From positions 36,310-100,309 of the forward strand of contig WLPX01000003.1 in the NCBI GenBank assembly GCA_009698575.1: 64,000 nt of DNA, written 5' to 3'. The DNA comes from Actinomycetota bacterium (GTDB lineage Bacteria > Actinomycetota > Actinomycetes > S36-B12 > UBA5976). The position numbers were made by a program, and so were the translations under genes. The notes beneath the pieces are model-generated. The model was given only the letters and a program-made list of their open reading frames with translations. It was not told where the DNA came from and made no database searches. Positions 62,055-64,000 of this stretch are shown piece by piece; positions within the stretch are counted from its first letter, which is position 1, and every line of letters begins with the position of its first letter.

Positions 62055-63698
62055 ATGAAACTTGTCGCTGGGATAGATATCGGAAACTCAACGACAGAAA
62101 TCGTAATCTCAAATGGCGCTGAGCCAATTGCCTGGGATCGCAGGCCAACTCGAGGCATCAAGGGATCTGAAGCATCGGTAAAAGCGGCGCTATCACTCTT
62201 ACAAAACATCGAACGGGAACACAACCTAATCGCTACACAAGTTTCCGTCGCGCCATGGAATCCAGTGGAAACATTAACTTCCACAATTCATGAGCCACTA
62301 CCAAACACCGGAAAGTTGCAAATAATTAAAACTGCCCACCAAAGTGTTGTTGGCGATGGTTGGGTTGTGGGTAATCCGTGGCTGATTACCGAAGCAGTTA
62401 AGTCCAACGAATCAGCAATTGCTATCGTGCCATCAGGTACTGGATATGACATTGCTGCCAACATAATCAATCAAGCAATCGCGCAAGGTGCTCAAATCAC
62501 AGGTGTTGTAGTTGCAGATGACGAAGCAGTGCTAATTGCTAAGCGCGTTACAAAAAACTTGCCCGTAGTTGATGGGGCTGATACTGCCACCGCGCTGAGA
62601 GCTCGAAAGTTGTTTTTGGAAGTTAGGCCGCAAAGCACCACGGTGCAGGCTGCGACTGACATTTGGGCGCTGCGGGCGGCACTAGAACTAACTGAAGATG
62701 AAGCAACACCGCTATCTGAAATAGTTCGTTGGGTTAGAAATGATCGCACGGTTTTGATCGGTCTGTTTGCAGATACCAAGAGCTCGATTGAAATTCAAAA
62801 TGGTTTTGTTACTTGGCGCGATTACACGAAATTGGATCTATTCGATGCAGTCTCACAAATGTCGAATTCCCAAATTGGCGACATCACACAGCTAAATATT
62901 CCTGATGCAGTTTTAACATCCGATGTTTGGGCCTTTGACATCACTAAGGTTTTGGCAGAACGTGGGCTACGCCAAGTTGGGCACACTCGAGACTTGGCAA
63001 TAGCTCAACTTGCAGCATCCAGCATTGAAACTCCAAATGACTTATCAGAAATATTTGGAGTGCCAGTAGTTGTGGCACAATCCGAAGCCCAAGCTGCCAA
63101 GTTAGGCGCGCACAGTACGCCAGGTCTGGCATTAGACGCGGCAGTTTTAGACATCGGTGGCGGCACCATTGATTTGATCAGCACAGTTGAGTTATCAGCT
63201 GCCGGCGCTGGTGAATTGCTAACAGCAGCAGTTGCCTTTGCTTTAGATACTTCGCGTGGTGCGGCAGATTGGATTAAGCGTGGTCCAGCCCAGCGGTTAG
63301 AGTCGCCGCATCTATTGCTTGCTGAAGATGGAAGTAAAGCCTTCACTGAAGAATCTAAGCCTTATCCAGCATCTGCAATGGGTTCGTTAATCGCCCCTGG
63401 GCCCGCTGGTTATCTGACGTTTGGGCAAAATCTGCAACCAGCTGAATGGCGCATCATGCGTCAAGCGTTAAAGCAAGCAGCTATCGGGGCAAATGTGGCG
63501 CGACTAATTAGAAGTATCGCCGGCAATGGAAATGCTGGTCCAAGTTTGAACCTAGTAGTAGTCGGTGGGCCAGCAGCAGACGATGAACTCATCCCGATTT
63601 TGAGTCAAGTTATGGGAATCACTGCAATTGGCAGAGGAAATGTTGCCGGAAAACTCGGTCATAGGTACGCCGTTGCCTATGGCTTATCTCAACTTTAA
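62055..63698 (+). CDS. pduG: Diol dehydratase reactivase large subunit (PduG/DdrA-like)
   Basis: 547 aa. N-terminus MKLVAGIDIGNSTTEIV and a second phosphate motif LDIGGGTIDL (ASKHA fold). Confidence 0.85.
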   Translation: MKLVAGIDIGNSTTEIVISNGAEPIAWDRRPTRGIKGSEASVKAALSLLQNIEREHNLIATQVSVAPWNPVETLTSTIHEPLPNTGKLQIIKTAHQSVVGDGWVVGNPWLITEAVKSNESAIAIVPSGTGYDIAANIINQAIAQGAQITGVVVADDEAVLIAKRVTKNLPVVDGADTATALRARKLFLEVRPQSTTVQAATDIWALRAALELTEDEATPLSEIVRWVRNDRTVLIGLFADTKSSIEIQNGFVTWRDYTKLDLFDAVSQMSNSQIGDITQLNIPDAVLTSDVWAFDITKVLAERGLRQVGHTRDLAIAQLAASSIETPNDLSEIFGVPVVVAQSEAQAAKLGAHSTPGLALDAAVLDIGGGTIDLISTVELSAAGAGELLTAAVAFALDTSRGAADWIKRGPAQRLESPHLLLAEDGSKAFTEESKPYPASAMGSLIAPGPAGYLTFGQNLQPAEWRIMRQALKQAAIGANVARLIRSIAGNGNAGPSLNLVVVGGPAADDELIPILSQVMGITAIGRGNVAGKLGHRYAVAYGLSQL

Positions 63699-63797
63699 TT
63701 CAAAATTTTCACACCAGAATTTGAAAAATCTGCAAAAGTATTTATAGCAAGTTTGGTATTCAGGTTTGAACCTAAATATAAATAAAGGGAGCGCGTA

Positions 63798-64000
63798 ATG
63801 GCTACTACCGTTTGGCATAACGGCAAAGTGTGGATTAATGAAAATGAATCATCAGATGCGATTGCAGCATCTGATGGTGTAATCGTTGCTCACGGTGCAG
63901 ATGCGCTTGCCTTGCAGGCCGATGAAAAAATTGACCTTAACGGCGCCACTTTGTTGCCAGGTTTTGGTGATGGTCATGCGCATCCAGTTTTTGGTGGTAC
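63798..64000 (+). CDS. Amidohydrolase-family (YtcJ-like metal hydrolase) protein, N-terminal fragment running off the window
   Basis: Not in the ORF track. ATG 63798, preceded by AAAGGGAG, translates to MATTVWHNGKVWINENESSDAIAASDGVIVAHG...IDLNGATLLPGFGDGHAHPVFGG (HxH metal motif). Confidence 0.65.
   Translation, partial: MATTVWHNGKVWINENESSDAIAASDGVIVAHGADALALQADEKIDLNGATLLPGFGDGHAHPVFGG

Noticed and set aside
62492-63346. Two minus-strand ORFs (95 and 113 aa) that might have been a missing reactivase small subunit
   Set aside because: Both are antisense to the PduG-like gene and are Ser/Ala-rich shadow frames. They have the wrong strand and context for a pduH/ddrB homologue.

Overview
The window is a compact actinobacterial chromosome segment with about 68 CDS. 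Most spacers are under 100 bp and many gene junctions overlap by 1-4 nt. I found no tRNA, rRNA, CRISPR array, transposase or integrase. From memory, the backbone gene order matches two conserved Mycobacterium tuberculosis neighbourhoods. The first is gatCA-ligA-mnmA-iscS-etfBA (Rv3009c-Rv3029c-like). The second is argS-lysA-hom-thrC-thrB-rho...rpmE-prfA-prmC-tsaC...wecA-atpIBEFHAGDC...murA...thiolase-thioredoxin (Rv1292-Rv1324-like). Two accessory blocks interrupt this backbone.

(1) 46.1-64.0 kb, directly downstream of argS. This holds a complete bacterial microcompartment (BMC) locus of the RMM / amino-alcohol (aminoacetone-aminopropanol) type: HutC-type GntR regulator, SDR, APH-family kinase, BMC-T, BMC-H, BMC-P, a 162-aa protein with an encapsulation-peptide-like N-terminus, a second BMC-T, an acylating aldehyde dehydrogenase with a C-terminal encapsulation peptide, a class-III aminotransferase-fold enzyme (phospho-lyase type) and a divergent APC permease. 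It is flanked on one side by a CaiB-type CoA-transferase with an FCD-GntR regulator. On the other side is a tightly coupled operon: formamidase/acetamidase, DUF336 (GlcG), fused B12 diol-dehydratase alpha+beta, gamma, and a reactivase large subunit with no beta subunit.

(2) 32.3-36.7 kb, between rpmE and rho. This holds kynureninase, DUF4389, an orphan 580-aa protein with a canonical C-terminal DxHxxG B12-binding domain, and an M14 peptidase.

The most interesting system is the composite BMC plus non-targeted fused dehydratase island. All calls come from reading the translated ORFs and DNA by eye; no database search was run.
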